Virus record (IMG/VR): IMGVR_UViG_3300010883_026915
Span: 1-64,000 of that record
Source of the DNA: a virus
Length of the DNA stretch: 64,000 bases
Strand: one strand, 5' to 3'
A model generated the notes under the pieces. It ran no database searches, had not been told where the DNA came from, and saw only the letters and a program-made list of their open reading frames with translations. This document shows positions 39,820-50,294 of the stretch, in pieces. Each line of letters starts with the position of its first letter. Within the stretch, counting starts at the first letter, position 1. A program made the translations under genes and the position numbers.

Positions 39820-40692
39820 ATGCCAATTAAACCGTTTATAGATAGAAAAGAGATAAATCTAAGCACTAATGACTCTCTGCTGGCGTTGGCATCTGCTGCA
39901 TCTGGATCTTTCGCTGCACCATGTATAGATGCATTTAAGCAAGGTGTAAGCCTAAAGACTTCAAAAGATGTATTCTCAAGACTGCTTCCTTTCGTAGGAT
40001 CTAAAGGTCTACCTTTAAATTTTTATGATACTATTGACTTCTCACTTGAAAGAACAACATATGGAAATGTTGAACTATTTAGTGAATCTAGCAATGGATC
40101 AACAGTTGATCCATTTGATGATATATCATCATTAAATAATCCTGTTACTTTTCTTAAAGATGATGGTCTTACAGCTTACCCACAAGTTATGCTTAGTCCA
40201 AATTGGCTTGATCCAGGGCTCATGAACGGAATAATAGAGCCTTTAGATCTTAGGGGAACATTGCCAGGTGCTAGTGTTGACTCTCCCTTTGTAGCAAGAA
40301 CAATAAAGGCAAGCATTATGGATAATCCCTATCCGTATAGGTGCGATAGAGTGTTTGATAAAAAGTCTACATTTGATGTAGACGTTGCATTTATAGATTC
40401 TCAAAATCTAGGTCCATCAAAGGATAATTTTCATATGTTCTCTGAGCCTATAGGTGATTTCGGTAGATCAAAAATATCACCATATGACGAGCTAATTGAC
40501 AGCTATATTGTAAATGATCTAAAGACTATGAGTGATACTAATTTTAACGATACTATTGGACTTGGAATAATATCAAGGGGAGTAGGAACAATAATGAATT
40601 ATAATTCTTCTAAAATTGTTCAAAGAGGTGAGTCTGGATTTAGAAATCTAACAGTAGTTGACTCAATAGCATTTGGAGGCTTAGTTAAGTAA
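39820..40692 (+). CDS. Hypothetical structural-module protein
   Basis: 290-aa ORF, translationally coupled (TAATG) to the next gene. Confidence 0.65.
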   Translation: MPIKPFIDRKEINLSTNDSLLALASAASGSFAAPCIDAFKQGVSLKTSKDVFSRLLPFVGSKGLPLNFYDTIDFSLERTTYGNVELFSESSNGSTVDPFDDISSLNNPVTFLKDDGLTAYPQVMLSPNWLDPGLMNGIIEPLDLRGTLPGASVDSPFVARTIKASIMDNPYPYRCDRVFDKKSTFDVDVAFIDSQNLGPSKDNFHMFSEPIGDFGRSKISPYDELIDSYIVNDLKTMSDTNFNDTIGLGIISRGVGTIMNYNSSKIVQRGESGFRNLTVVDSIAFGGLVK

Positions 40693-43600
40693 TGCCAATA
40701 TCAGGTTCAAAAGGATATAGATCGGGAATATTATCACTGCCCAATAGAGTTACAATAAGGATGACAGATAGTGTCAGTGGAACATATCCGACCACTGCTA
40801 GAACTACAGGTAAAACTCATGGATTAATTGGAAAAAATATATTAAGATTTGATGATACTAAAACTAAGATGTTTTTAGGCTCAGATTCAATGGTATATCC
40901 AATTGTTCAGACAGCAGCAAACATATCACAATCTAATACTTCTATACTTATTGCATCGCCTAACAAGCCACCGACTATTATCACACATGGAACATCTTCT
41001 GACGGCCTTTCAATGGACGGGATGATTTCAAATATAGAAAACGGTCTAGTATTTTTACCTTACGATGAAACAAGAATTGTTAATACAGGAAAATCTGATT
41101 CTTTCTATGCTACTGGCACAAAATCAGAAAATCTACCAGGATTTTCAGGTCCACTTAGGGATAAAATAAGTATAACAATACCAATAAATAATTCAAGCCA
41201 GAAAATAGCTACAAGATATAATGTTTCAGGAATAAATGTTGACTCAAGCGGGCATTTTCCTTCGACATCAGACAAATATTCTGGATTTTTATATTATAAC
41301 CCAAGCTTAAATAGGTGGGAGGATATCGGCCTTGTAGATCATTTGCACAACTCATCTACAAACTACAAGATGTACTATCAGAGTACAAGTACAGATGTAA
41401 GCAAAGTTGATTGCTGGATCGCTGGCACACATGTTACAAGCTCCAATCTTGGAGCTGGCACTCCTTCTTATCCCAAAATGCAGCAATTTGCAATGTCAGA
41501 TCATATGGCAGTATATCTTGACTCTGTCGCTGATATATCTTCTGTAAAGGGCTCTAGTAAGTACTCAATATTGACGTCTTCTTTAGATTATCATCTTATT
41601 GGAACACCAACTATAGCAGCATTAGCTCCGGGTGCATCAATATATCATGCTACATCTAGTCAGACTTTGTCTATTGACAATTATATAAATGATCCATTTG
41701 CACTAGAATCTATGGTTCTAGAGATACCAGTTGTAGTTCAAAGAATGAGAGGCACTGTTGCAAAGCCAACAGAAGAGTCTAGGTTTTATGAAGCATGCAG
41801 AGATATTGACAATTATACATTTTTTATATATAGACAGACTAGACCTACTAATTCTAATATTGACTCAGATGAACATATAGAAACCTCAAGAAGATATTTG
41901 ATTGGAAGCGGGTGTGCTACATTTTCAAATACAAATTCACTTTCAGGAAGAATGCCAGCGATTGTTCGTTCAAAGGGCTGGCCACACAAGCCAGCGTTTT
42001 CTCATGACTTTCTCGTTGCCAGTGGCGCTGCAGCAAATGAAAATGTAACTTCTAGTCCCATATCAGTGTTTTCAGGAACACTAGAAATAAAAATAAAACC
42101 AGCAGTAGCAAATGGGCAATATCTAGGGGGTTCTAGGTTTCCTCTAGGCCCAAGTATAGGTGCCGGTCTTGCTGGAGGCAGTGTTTTTTGTACTGATGGT
42201 ATACGAAGCATAGTAACACAAGATTTTTGGCCAGGTGGAACAACTACATTGTCTGGAAATATAAAGCCAGCATCATCTAGACAATATTCACCTCAGATAA
42301 ATACTAGTATTTTTAAAGGTGCTAGAGACCCACAGATTAGTTTCGCAGGATCATTATTACACAGTGAATATAATAACTTGCTTAGTGAGTACAAAGAGCT
42401 AGTTCTTAAAGATAAGCTAGGATTAGTTGATACTAGGCCGCTTGCAAATGGTATCGGCTTAAGATCAACAGGTTCAGTTGAAAATACAGTTTCAGGAACT
42501 ATCGCACTTGGACAAAAAAGTGGAATACTAGGATATACAGCACAATCAACGCCATCTACAAGAAGCTTTCCTGTCGGTCTTGGATCTCTTCCAAACTCAA
42601 AAGAGTCACCATATCTACTGCTACCTGGTGATGAAATAGTTCTGGGTCTTGATGTGGGTGTATCTATGATTCCAAGCTCTGGAACAAACATGACATGGAC
42701 TTCTGGACTTGGGACAATTGATGTTGGGAAAGATTTGGGATTCTATTCTGCATCTAGCGCAGATAATGAATACTTTGGAACAGTTTCAGGATCATTTATG
42801 AAACTAATAAAGGGTCAAGCTAAACTAACACTATACGGATCTCTAGTCAGATGGGGAAAGGGAATAGAAGGTGAATCAAATCAGAATATCACGTCAGATG
42901 CAATACATGAAGCTGTGGGAAACCATAGGGTAACAGATCAGTATGATATTCCAACAAGAAATGATCTATCTTCAAGCTACGTTGATAGATTTATAGTAGG
43001 TGTTATGAAATCTGGCTCAAGAGATGCATACTACTCAGAGAATAGCGGATATTATGAAAACACTATAAATTTTAATTTTGGATATAATCTAAAAAGATCT
43101 GTTAGAGGATTATTTTCTAAAAATAGAACTGGAATATACAGTAATCTTCAAAATACAATATTTTCTAATTATAGTGTTGGTGCTCCACCTAGATTAAAAT
43201 ATTCATCAGTTTTCCCTTCAAATACAAGCGTTGTACTTGACAGATACCATATATCTAGATACGGAGAGTCAATATTTGATTTTGGAAAAGGCTTTCGATC
43301 GCTCCAGAGATTTGTCGGACTAGACTGCAATAAAGAAAGATTTTATGATACTGTTATGCCTGATATTATGCACCTGGCTTTAGCATCACCATCACTATCT
43401 GTAGATCCAATACCTTCCGGAACATATACAAAAAGGATAACACTTGATAAGCATAGAGCTATATCATACCCATATAGTGGTAACCCGGATAGATATGTAG
43501 AACAAAAGTACTATCTTAGAGTTGATGCTTCAAGTGGAACAATTGGAAGCACAATTCAAGATTTTAAATCTGACTATGACAGAAAGCTTGTCAATGTTTG

Positions 43601-44033
43601 CTTATTTCAACGAGGGTGGAATTTTTCTACATATAACGCAAAAACTAGCAAAGTTGCACACTTTAGACATGCTGTATCAGCTAGTTTTGGACCATTATAT
43701 GGAATAATGAGTCCAATGCCCAAGTATACTTCTTCAAAATTTAGAAGAGATACATATGGGCAATTTAGAGATATGCTTGAACAAAGAAAAGACGGAAAGT
43801 TTTTCCATTCAGAAGAGAAAAATAAATCTGTAAATGACTCACCTATTCAAGTAAGTTTTGTTAACAGTTCAGATGGCTTTACTAATGTCCAGCCATCTTC
43901 AACAGACTCTGTTAATTTTAGCAAAGAGTATTCATCTTCTTTTGCATATGTAGAAGGAGATTCATTAAATCCAAAAGGCCAGAATAATGTATCAGTATCA
44001 CTTGGTGCTGGTCCATTTTATAACATGAAATAG
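40692..44033 (+). CDS. Large Ser/Thr/Gly-rich putative virion protein
   Basis: 1113-aa ORF in the tail module; many SGS/SGT tripeptides; C-terminal FRRDTYGQFRDMLEQR. Confidence 0.65.
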   Translation: MPISGSKGYRSGILSLPNRVTIRMTDSVSGTYPTTARTTGKTHGLIGKNILRFDDTKTKMFLGSDSMVYPIVQTAANISQSNTSILIASPNKPPTIITHGTSSDGLSMDGMISNIENGLVFLPYDETRIVNTGKSDSFYATGTKSENLPGFSGPLRDKISITIPINNSSQKIATRYNVSGINVDSSGHFPSTSDKYSGFLYYNPSLNRWEDIGLVDHLHNSSTNYKMYYQSTSTDVSKVDCWIAGTHVTSSNLGAGTPSYPKMQQFAMSDHMAVYLDSVADISSVKGSSKYSILTSSLDYHLIGTPTIAALAPGASIYHATSSQTLSIDNYINDPFALESMVLEIPVVVQRMRGTVAKPTEESRFYEACRDIDNYTFFIYRQTRPTNSNIDSDEHIETSRRYLIGSGCATFSNTNSLSGRMPAIVRSKGWPHKPAFSHDFLVASGAAANENVTSSPISVFSGTLEIKIKPAVANGQYLGGSRFPLGPSIGAGLAGGSVFCTDGIRSIVTQDFWPGGTTTLSGNIKPASSRQYSPQINTSIFKGARDPQISFAGSLLHSEYNNLLSEYKELVLKDKLGLVDTRPLANGIGLRSTGSVENTVSGTIALGQKSGILGYTAQSTPSTRSFPVGLGSLPNSKESPYLLLPGDEIVLGLDVGVSMIPSSGTNMTWTSGLGTIDVGKDLGFYSASSADNEYFGTVSGSFMKLIKGQAKLTLYGSLVRWGKGIEGESNQNITSDAIHEAVGNHRVTDQYDIPTRNDLSSSYVDRFIVGVMKSGSRDAYYSENSGYYENTINFNFGYNLKRSVRGLFSKNRTGIYSNLQNTIFSNYSVGAPPRLKYSSVFPSNTSVVLDRYHISRYGESIFDFGKGFRSLQRFVGLDCNKERFYDTVMPDIMHLALASPSLSVDPIPSGTYTKRITLDKHRAISYPYSGNPDRYVEQKYYLRVDASSGTIGSTIQDFKSDYDRKLVNVCLFQRGWNFSTYNAKTSKVAHFRHAVSASFGPLYGIMSPMPKYTSSKFRRDTYGQFRDMLEQRKDGKFFHSEEKNKSVNDSPIQVSFVNSSDGFTNVQPSSTDSVNFSKEYSSSFAYVEGDSLNPKGQNNVSVSLGAGPFYNMK

Positions 44034-44041
44034 AATATAGA

Positions 44042-46483
44042 ATGTCTAACATTAAAAAAAATCAATTAAAAAAACTTGAAAAAGTAGTAAATGTAAAAAA
44101 GCATACTGGAAATATTGAAAGTGTTACCATTCCTGCAAGATTTCAGGTTGGATATGATGATGACGACTTTAGAAGTGGTGCACTTATACATGGTAATACA
44201 CATGTTTGTGGAAGCATACAGGTAGAACAAAATAAATATTTAAACTTTGGCAATGTTATCGGTGAAGATAGCTACGGATTTAGAGATAATAATGGAACAG
44301 TGCAGTATAAAAATAAGACCGTCGGTCTAAATCCTACTTCATGGATAACTTTTGGGTCAGCTGGAAATCCAGCAGGATCAAATACACAAGTTCAGTTTAA
44401 TAATAATTCTTCATTTGGTGCTGATTCTAACTTTACATTTAATAGCACTACAGATACACTTACTGTTACAAATTTATCTGCAGCTATGACAAACTTGCCA
44501 GACGGCTCTTCTTTTATTGCAGGTGGTTCAAATATAACAGTAGTTTCGGAGTCTAATGGTCGAATAACAATTTCATCACAAGCTGGCGGAGGCGCTTCAC
44601 TTACTGTTGTATCACAATCAGTTTCAGTATCCAGTGTAACTACATTGGCAGCATCAGACGGGTTTCTAGTTGTAAATGAGGGCTCTGGTAGAGCAGCTCT
44701 ATCTGCTTCAATTGGTGTACCAGAGGACGGATCTTATGCTGATGGCCTCTTTACAGATTTCACTGCACAGACCAGACTTGGAATTGCAATTGATAGATTT
44801 AATGAAGTTCTTAAGGGGTTAGCACCTAGTGCAGCCCCGGGTTTAGACGATATGGACTCAGACAGTACCGGCACTAGTGCAAAGCTTAGTTTTGGCTCAT
44901 CTCAGTCAATATCAGGATATACAAACACTCAACCTTCAACATTATCATCACCGGCTTCATCTCTATCTAATGTAGATATAAACGGATCGTATAGTTCAAC
45001 TACAGTTAATAATGATATAAGGGCAGCTTGCTTTAATAAAGGTACAACTATTGAAGGAACACTAAATGAAGATGTTACCGCAGACGGTGTAAATTATCCT
45101 GCAAACTCTTTTGGCGATGGAGATCAGGGAACACTTTATCTTTATATTAATAATAATACTAGTGAGAGTCACTCTTTAGACTTAAGCACTTTTGGTTCTG
45201 GAAATTCACTAACGGGAAACGGATCTGGGTTTATAAACCTAAGCTCAGCAAATTCAGGTCATTTTTCTGATGGAAGCAGCTTTACAACTTTTAAAAATAG
45301 AACAGGATCATTTAGAGTTTCAACAACAGATCAAAGAAATGGGTGGAACTATGTAAGAGTTTCTCACACAGTTGGATCATCTACTTCTACTTGCAACTTT
45401 ACTGAATGGGTAAATGATAACAATGGTGATGCTTTAGCAGCAGCTGGGTCAGCTCTAGATACACTTGCAATGTCAGGCTTGAATAGATTATCAGGTGCAA
45501 GATACAATACAGGAGGGACAGCTGTATACAGGGTAAGAGCAACAAATGCATACAAGAATATATACTCTACAAATACAATAACATTTAATGGAACAAATTG
45601 TACTTTATCATCTCAAGCATTTCCGATAATAGACTATGGATCTGGTGAAAGTGAATCTAAAATATTACACATTACACAGTCTGCTACTATAAATGCAGAC
45701 CCTATTTTGAATTCATCTATAACTGTTAGCTCAAACATCCCTCATCCTCTAAAATCTAATCTATCTTCAGCGGGCTCTGTTTCAGTAGCTGGAATACTTT
45801 TATATAATTTATCAAATACATCTACAGTTCTATCTGAAACATTTCGTACAGAATCATATAGAAAAATATCTGGAAGTTATGGAACTCAAGCTACTATCAC
45901 AGACAATGCAAATACTTGGAATTCTTCTAATCATATGAGCGGAACAAATACTGGACATACAGATGGATTGTTATTCTATAACTCAAGATTGTATGCACCA
46001 GTACAGGGCGCAGCTTCTGGAGATTTTAGAAATTCAGCTGATGGTGGATCTATAGCAAACGGCCCTAGTGATAATGTAAACTATAGTGGAATAAGTTCTG
46101 GAAAAAGAACATTTTATAGATATTTTCAAAATAATTCAGGAGGATCAAAGACAGATTTCGCATTAACTATTCAGGGCTCTGCCGCTATAGTTTCGCAAGG
46201 AACAAGTTTGGGAACTGGTAATATATCTGCTCTAGTAAAAATCCCAACTACTTCTGGAAATCAATCTACAGGATGGATGGATATTTCACTATCTTTTTCA
46301 ACTGGACAAACATCTGATGGTAATGGATGCCTTGTCGGATCTCTAGATAGCTCTCTGAATGCTACAAATAACGGAACATTTGGAACAGCCTTTGTTGCAG
46401 ATAATGAGTATATAATGCTAAAAATTGAAGCGGACGCCTCTTTTACAGGTTATATTAGCTCAATTAGTATATCGTGGTCATAG
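44042..46483 (+). CDS. Fibre-like virion protein
   Basis: PAGSNTQVQFNNNSSFGADSNFTF repeat typical of phage fibres; GGSNITVVSESNGRITIS; very S/T/G/N-rich. Confidence 0.7.
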   Translation: MSNIKKNQLKKLEKVVNVKKHTGNIESVTIPARFQVGYDDDDFRSGALIHGNTHVCGSIQVEQNKYLNFGNVIGEDSYGFRDNNGTVQYKNKTVGLNPTSWITFGSAGNPAGSNTQVQFNNNSSFGADSNFTFNSTTDTLTVTNLSAAMTNLPDGSSFIAGGSNITVVSESNGRITISSQAGGGASLTVVSQSVSVSSVTTLAASDGFLVVNEGSGRAALSASIGVPEDGSYADGLFTDFTAQTRLGIAIDRFNEVLKGLAPSAAPGLDDMDSDSTGTSAKLSFGSSQSISGYTNTQPSTLSSPASSLSNVDINGSYSSTTVNNDIRAACFNKGTTIEGTLNEDVTADGVNYPANSFGDGDQGTLYLYINNNTSESHSLDLSTFGSGNSLTGNGSGFINLSSANSGHFSDGSSFTTFKNRTGSFRVSTTDQRNGWNYVRVSHTVGSSTSTCNFTEWVNDNNGDALAAAGSALDTLAMSGLNRLSGARYNTGGTAVYRVRATNAYKNIYSTNTITFNGTNCTLSSQAFPIIDYGSGESESKILHITQSATINADPILNSSITVSSNIPHPLKSNLSSAGSVSVAGILLYNLSNTSTVLSETFRTESYRKISGSYGTQATITDNANTWNSSNHMSGTNTGHTDGLLFYNSRLYAPVQGAASGDFRNSADGGSIANGPSDNVNYSGISSGKRTFYRYFQNNSGGSKTDFALTIQGSAAIVSQGTSLGTGNISALVKIPTTSGNQSTGWMDISLSFSTGQTSDGNGCLVGSLDSSLNATNNGTFGTAFVADNEYIMLKIEADASFTGYISSISISWS

Positions 46484-46491
46484 GTTTATAA

Positions 46492-47475
46492 ATGTCTTTA
46501 TCTGATGCTAGTAAAATAAACATTTCAATAAAGAAGCTTAGCGGCAAAGCTCAAACATCAAATGATAAAGACCTTGCAAACGAAGGCCTGACATCAGGTA
46601 TAACTATAACTTCAGAGACAGTATTTGGAGATGCTATATCTAAAGATCCATCAAATGTCGCACTATACAATATAACTAGCACATCTGTTGAGCTTATAAG
46701 ATTTCAAGCATCGTTCATAGCTGGAACTGATACATCATCCGGAAGACATGGATTTGAGTTAAAGTTACCATCAGATTATGAGGAAAGCTCTTCAAATACA
46801 AAAGCAGGAACATATCCGTTTACAAATAGTCAGTCAGTAAATATTACATCCGGTGCATTACAGCTCATTCCAACATCATTTGCCTCATCATATGAGGCAA
46901 AGCCATTTTATGGTGGCAGCGGCATAAAAAACTCTGGGACTCAAATTCCTATTTTAGACTCTAGAGACTGGTCATTAGATTTTTTTAATGGAGTATTCTT
47001 TCAACAAGACCCACCAGGAACAGGTGATCATTCAAATAATCCTGACTACGTAGAGGCATTTTTGTATATAGGCTCTTTCGTAAGTGATAAAGTTCAAAAT
47101 GTTGCAGCTGCAGAGTACGTTGTTACAGCACTTACAGGAACACTTACTAATGAAAAGCTTCTTACTGCAGGAACCGGAATATCAATAGCAACATCAAGTA
47201 ATTCAGTTACTATTGCATCAGATGCATCACATTCAATAAGATCAAAATCTCACACAAGATTGACATCTTCGATATCAGCTGGTAGTGATTGTAACCTTTT
47301 AATAGACTTCTCTTCAGTATCATATAATATAAATAGAGTGGATGTATTAATAAATGGTCAACTGCTAGTAAGCGGAACAAATGAAGATTATATTCTAAAT
47401 ACTTCAAAAACAGGAAGTATTCAATTCGCTTTCGACCTATTTAAAGATGATACTGTAATAGCAACATTGGCATAG
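46492..47475 (+). CDS. Putative virion protein with a C-terminal INGQLL.SG...DY...FAFDL domain
   Basis: AEYVV...LTNEKLLTAGTGISI fibre-type segment; C-terminal domain shared with 47817..49655. Confidence 0.65.
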   Translation: MSLSDASKINISIKKLSGKAQTSNDKDLANEGLTSGITITSETVFGDAISKDPSNVALYNITSTSVELIRFQASFIAGTDTSSGRHGFELKLPSDYEESSSNTKAGTYPFTNSQSVNITSGALQLIPTSFASSYEAKPFYGGSGIKNSGTQIPILDSRDWSLDFFNGVFFQQDPPGTGDHSNNPDYVEAFLYIGSFVSDKVQNVAAAEYVVTALTGTLTNEKLLTAGTGISIATSSNSVTIASDASHSIRSKSHTRLTSSISAGSDCNLLIDFSSVSYNINRVDVLINGQLLVSGTNEDYILNTSKTGSIQFAFDLFKDDTVIATLA

Positions 47476-47484
47476 GAGCAAAAG

Positions 47485-47706
47485 TTGAAGAACAATTACG
47501 AAACATCAGATATAGGATTGTCTGCATACCTGATGCTCAAGGGCGCAAAGTTATTATCTGTTGACAAGGGAACATATGGCTATAAGATAGTATTTGATAA
47601 TAGTAATGGTTCATGCACACAGCATTCACTTGATTATGTAAATTCAGAATTTTTAAGATATGACATGTATTCAAAAAACTTAAGAGTTTTATTAAAAAAT
47701 AAGTAG
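47485..47706 (+). CDS. Small DUF5659-like phage protein
   Basis: YETSDIGLSAYLMLKG N-terminal motif; AGGAG RBS before the TTG start. Confidence 0.6.
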   Translation: MKNNYETSDIGLSAYLMLKGAKLLSVDKGTYGYKIVFDNSNGSCTQHSLDYVNSEFLRYDMYSKNLRVLLKNK

Positions 47707-47816
47707 AAATTACATAAGTTTCTAATATGTAATTACGTTGACTAGATTAGATTAAATTTGTAAATATTTGTTGTTTTCCTATAACACGGCTTTTTTAAAT
47801 ATAAAGGAGAACAAAA

Positions 47817-49655
47817 ATGCCTAATAGAACACAATTAAGACTGAACCAGATTACAGGTTCAGCAGTAGAAATAAAACCCACAGCACTCACACGAGGGTCA
47901 ACTGCAGCACTTCTGGTAGCTGGTGACATATCAGGATCACTATCATATCTTGCTCAAGCAATTTCAAACATCCATGGTGGCGTTGAGTTTGGTAACTCAC
48001 CAATTGGACAAATTAGTATACCAGACGGGACCAATGTAGACGTTGTATTGCAAAATATGGATACTGGCCAGAAAATACTTATTGACGCTAAGGGAACAGG
48101 CGCAGCAGGAGTAGACATATTGTCTGGTAAGTCGATGGAGATAAAAGTACCTGATGCTGATGGTGTCATTGTAATGGGTAATGTTACTAAAGATACATAC
48201 TTTAAACTTGTTTCACACGCAACCCCGGCTAATGAGCTTGTTTCAGTGGTCAACTTAGCTGGTACTGCTGTATCAGATACAGCTGCTGCAGTTCAGGTTA
48301 CTTCAGCTGCCGGAGCTGTTACTTTGAATGCTGGTGTAGCTGATGCAGCTGCTGTAAGAATCTTTTCTTCAAACGCTGCAGGTGGTGTGGATATTGATGC
48401 TGGAACAGGTGGTCTTACACTTGATTCAACTGGTATAGTCTCCATTGATGCTGCCGATGACCTGAACTTGACGGTCACGTCTGGCCAAGATGGTGAAGAT
48501 CTAACCATCGCACAAATCGGCGGTAATGATTCATCTATCATTATAACTGCTGCTGGTACTGGTACCGATGCTATCGACATCAATGCTACTGCTGGTGACA
48601 TGCTTATCGGTAAAGCTCTGCTTGATGGAAAGACGCTTAAGCTTGGTAAGAACGCTGCTGTTGAGATGGTTTTAGCTCCTCACGGCACTCCTACTAGTGA
48701 GGTTTTCTCTGTTACAAACACAGGTGGTACTAATGACAACTGTATTGAGCTTGACGCGGTCGCTGGTGGTATTAAGCTAGAAGCAGCCAAGTCTATCCTT
48801 TTTGAATCAGAACAAGGCGAAGATGATGCAATTCAGATTTCGGCAACTAATGCTTCAGGTGGTATTCAATTAAAGGTAAACACCAATGTGCTAATGGAAG
48901 TCGATGCTGACCAAGTGGATTTCACTTCCACTGCTGCGACAGTTAATGTTGCTGGTCAGCTTAATGCTGATGCAACTACAGTATCTACTTCTAAGACAAC
49001 TGGTGCTCTTGTTGTTGACGGTGGTGCTGGTATTGCTCTTGATCTCTTCGTTGGTGATGATATCTTTCTTAAATCTGACGGAGCAGCTATCTTCCTGGGT
49101 GATGGCAATGATGTCCAGATAGCACATAATGGCTTGACTGGTCTTAATGTTTCTTCAGCTGGTCCGGCAGTAGTGTCAGGTACTTTCATCGGCCTCTCGG
49201 GAGCTATTTCATTCTCTACTGATGGTGCAATGACTTCCGACCCAGCTGGGAATATGGCTTTTGGTGCATATTCTGACTTTATTACATTTAGATCACAAGG
49301 AATATTCAGCGCTGGTACAACAGTCGTTGGTGCTCTTAATGCTCTAGCTACAGCTGCTGGCGGTGGTTTTGTTGGAAAGCAACTGATAACATCTTCTGTT
49401 GATTCACCAGATATATTCTCATTGCAAACCCTTCAGAATACACCAGGTTTTACAACTGAGATAGATCTTTCTGAGGCCTCACCTGCAAATACAGAGCTCT
49501 ATATTAACGGTCAGCTCTTAATGTCAGGATCAGTACTTGGAGCAAATGCAGACTATCTTGTATTCGGACATCAGAAGCCAGGATTGCTCAAGTTCGCATT
49601 CGATCTCGTTCAGCACGATGTCCTTGTTATTAAGACAACATCAGAGCAGGGATAA
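47817..49655 (+). CDS. Beta-repeat fibre/decoration-type virion protein
   Basis: Repeats of (D/A)A(I/V).I.A.AGG..(I/L); STSKTTGALVVDGGAGIALDLFVG fibre motif; AAGGAG RBS, TAATAA stop and its own terminator. Confidence 0.7.
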   Translation: MPNRTQLRLNQITGSAVEIKPTALTRGSTAALLVAGDISGSLSYLAQAISNIHGGVEFGNSPIGQISIPDGTNVDVVLQNMDTGQKILIDAKGTGAAGVDILSGKSMEIKVPDADGVIVMGNVTKDTYFKLVSHATPANELVSVVNLAGTAVSDTAAAVQVTSAAGAVTLNAGVADAAAVRIFSSNAAGGVDIDAGTGGLTLDSTGIVSIDAADDLNLTVTSGQDGEDLTIAQIGGNDSSIIITAAGTGTDAIDINATAGDMLIGKALLDGKTLKLGKNAAVEMVLAPHGTPTSEVFSVTNTGGTNDNCIELDAVAGGIKLEAAKSILFESEQGEDDAIQISATNASGGIQLKVNTNVLMEVDADQVDFTSTAATVNVAGQLNADATTVSTSKTTGALVVDGGAGIALDLFVGDDIFLKSDGAAIFLGDGNDVQIAHNGLTGLNVSSAGPAVVSGTFIGLSGAISFSTDGAMTSDPAGNMAFGAYSDFITFRSQGIFSAGTTVVGALNALATAAGGGFVGKQLITSSVDSPDIFSLQTLQNTPGFTTEIDLSEASPANTELYINGQLLMSGSVLGANADYLVFGHQKPGLLKFAFDLVQHDVLVIKTTSEQG

Positions 49656-49690
49656 TAATTAACTGTCTAGAGTAATATCTAGTATTTTCT

Positions 49691-49727
49691 TGAGGGGTCC
49701 AGTTTAACTGGGCCCCTCATTTTTATT
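49691..49727 (+). terminator. Rho-independent terminator
   Basis: TGAGGGGTCCAGT-tta-ACTGGGCCCCTCA (13-bp stem with one G:U pair) followed by TTTTTATT. Confidence 0.85.
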
Positions 49728-49758
49728 ATAATATTATTAACCTCATGTTGGAGAAAAA

Positions 49759-50235
49759 ATGGATTTTGAATATTACCTTAATAATCTTTTAAAGCTATCA
49801 AGAGAGAGAAAACAAAAAATATCAAAAATGAGATCAGATGGTGCATACTATAAAAATGAAATAACAAAAAATATTAATGAAAATTTAAAAAAATATTTCA
49901 AAAGTGAAGACAGCACCGCTGCAATATCACAAGTTATAACTGAGGTTCCAAACTATGTCGAAGATATAGTCGAGTCAGTAAAAATTGCAGATATTAGAGC
50001 ATTAGAATCAATTAAGACAATTGAAATGGTAATTGCAGAATTTAGAAAATATAAAATTAAATATGAAGAAAGCAAGCCAGCTAAAGAAGAAAATAATATA
50101 AATTCAAAAGATAAAGATAAAAAAGATAAACCAAAGTCAATTAGAAATACAAAGTCTATAAAGCGAAAAGTTAGAGATATCGGCCAAAAACCAGTAGATA
50201 GAATAGCAGCAAGAAAAAATAAAAACACTGACTAG
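49759..50235 (+). CDS. Hypothetical protein with a lysine-rich C-terminus
   Basis: 158-aa ORF with GGAG RBS. Confidence 0.65.
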   Translation: MDFEYYLNNLLKLSRERKQKISKMRSDGAYYKNEITKNINENLKKYFKSEDSTAAISQVITEVPNYVEDIVESVKIADIRALESIKTIEMVIAEFRKYKIKYEESKPAKEENNINSKDKDKKDKPKSIRNTKSIKRKVRDIGQKPVDRIAARKNKNTD

Positions 50236-50294
50236 TTTTAGATTTAATAATTTGCTTACCTATAGTCTCTAATATTTAAAAATGAGGTTTTACA

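Noticed and set aside
44042-49655. Diversity-generating retroelement or invertible fibre cassette
   Set aside because: No reverse transcriptase or recombinase, and no near-identical nucleotide repeat pair was noticed; the similarities are at diverged protein level only.
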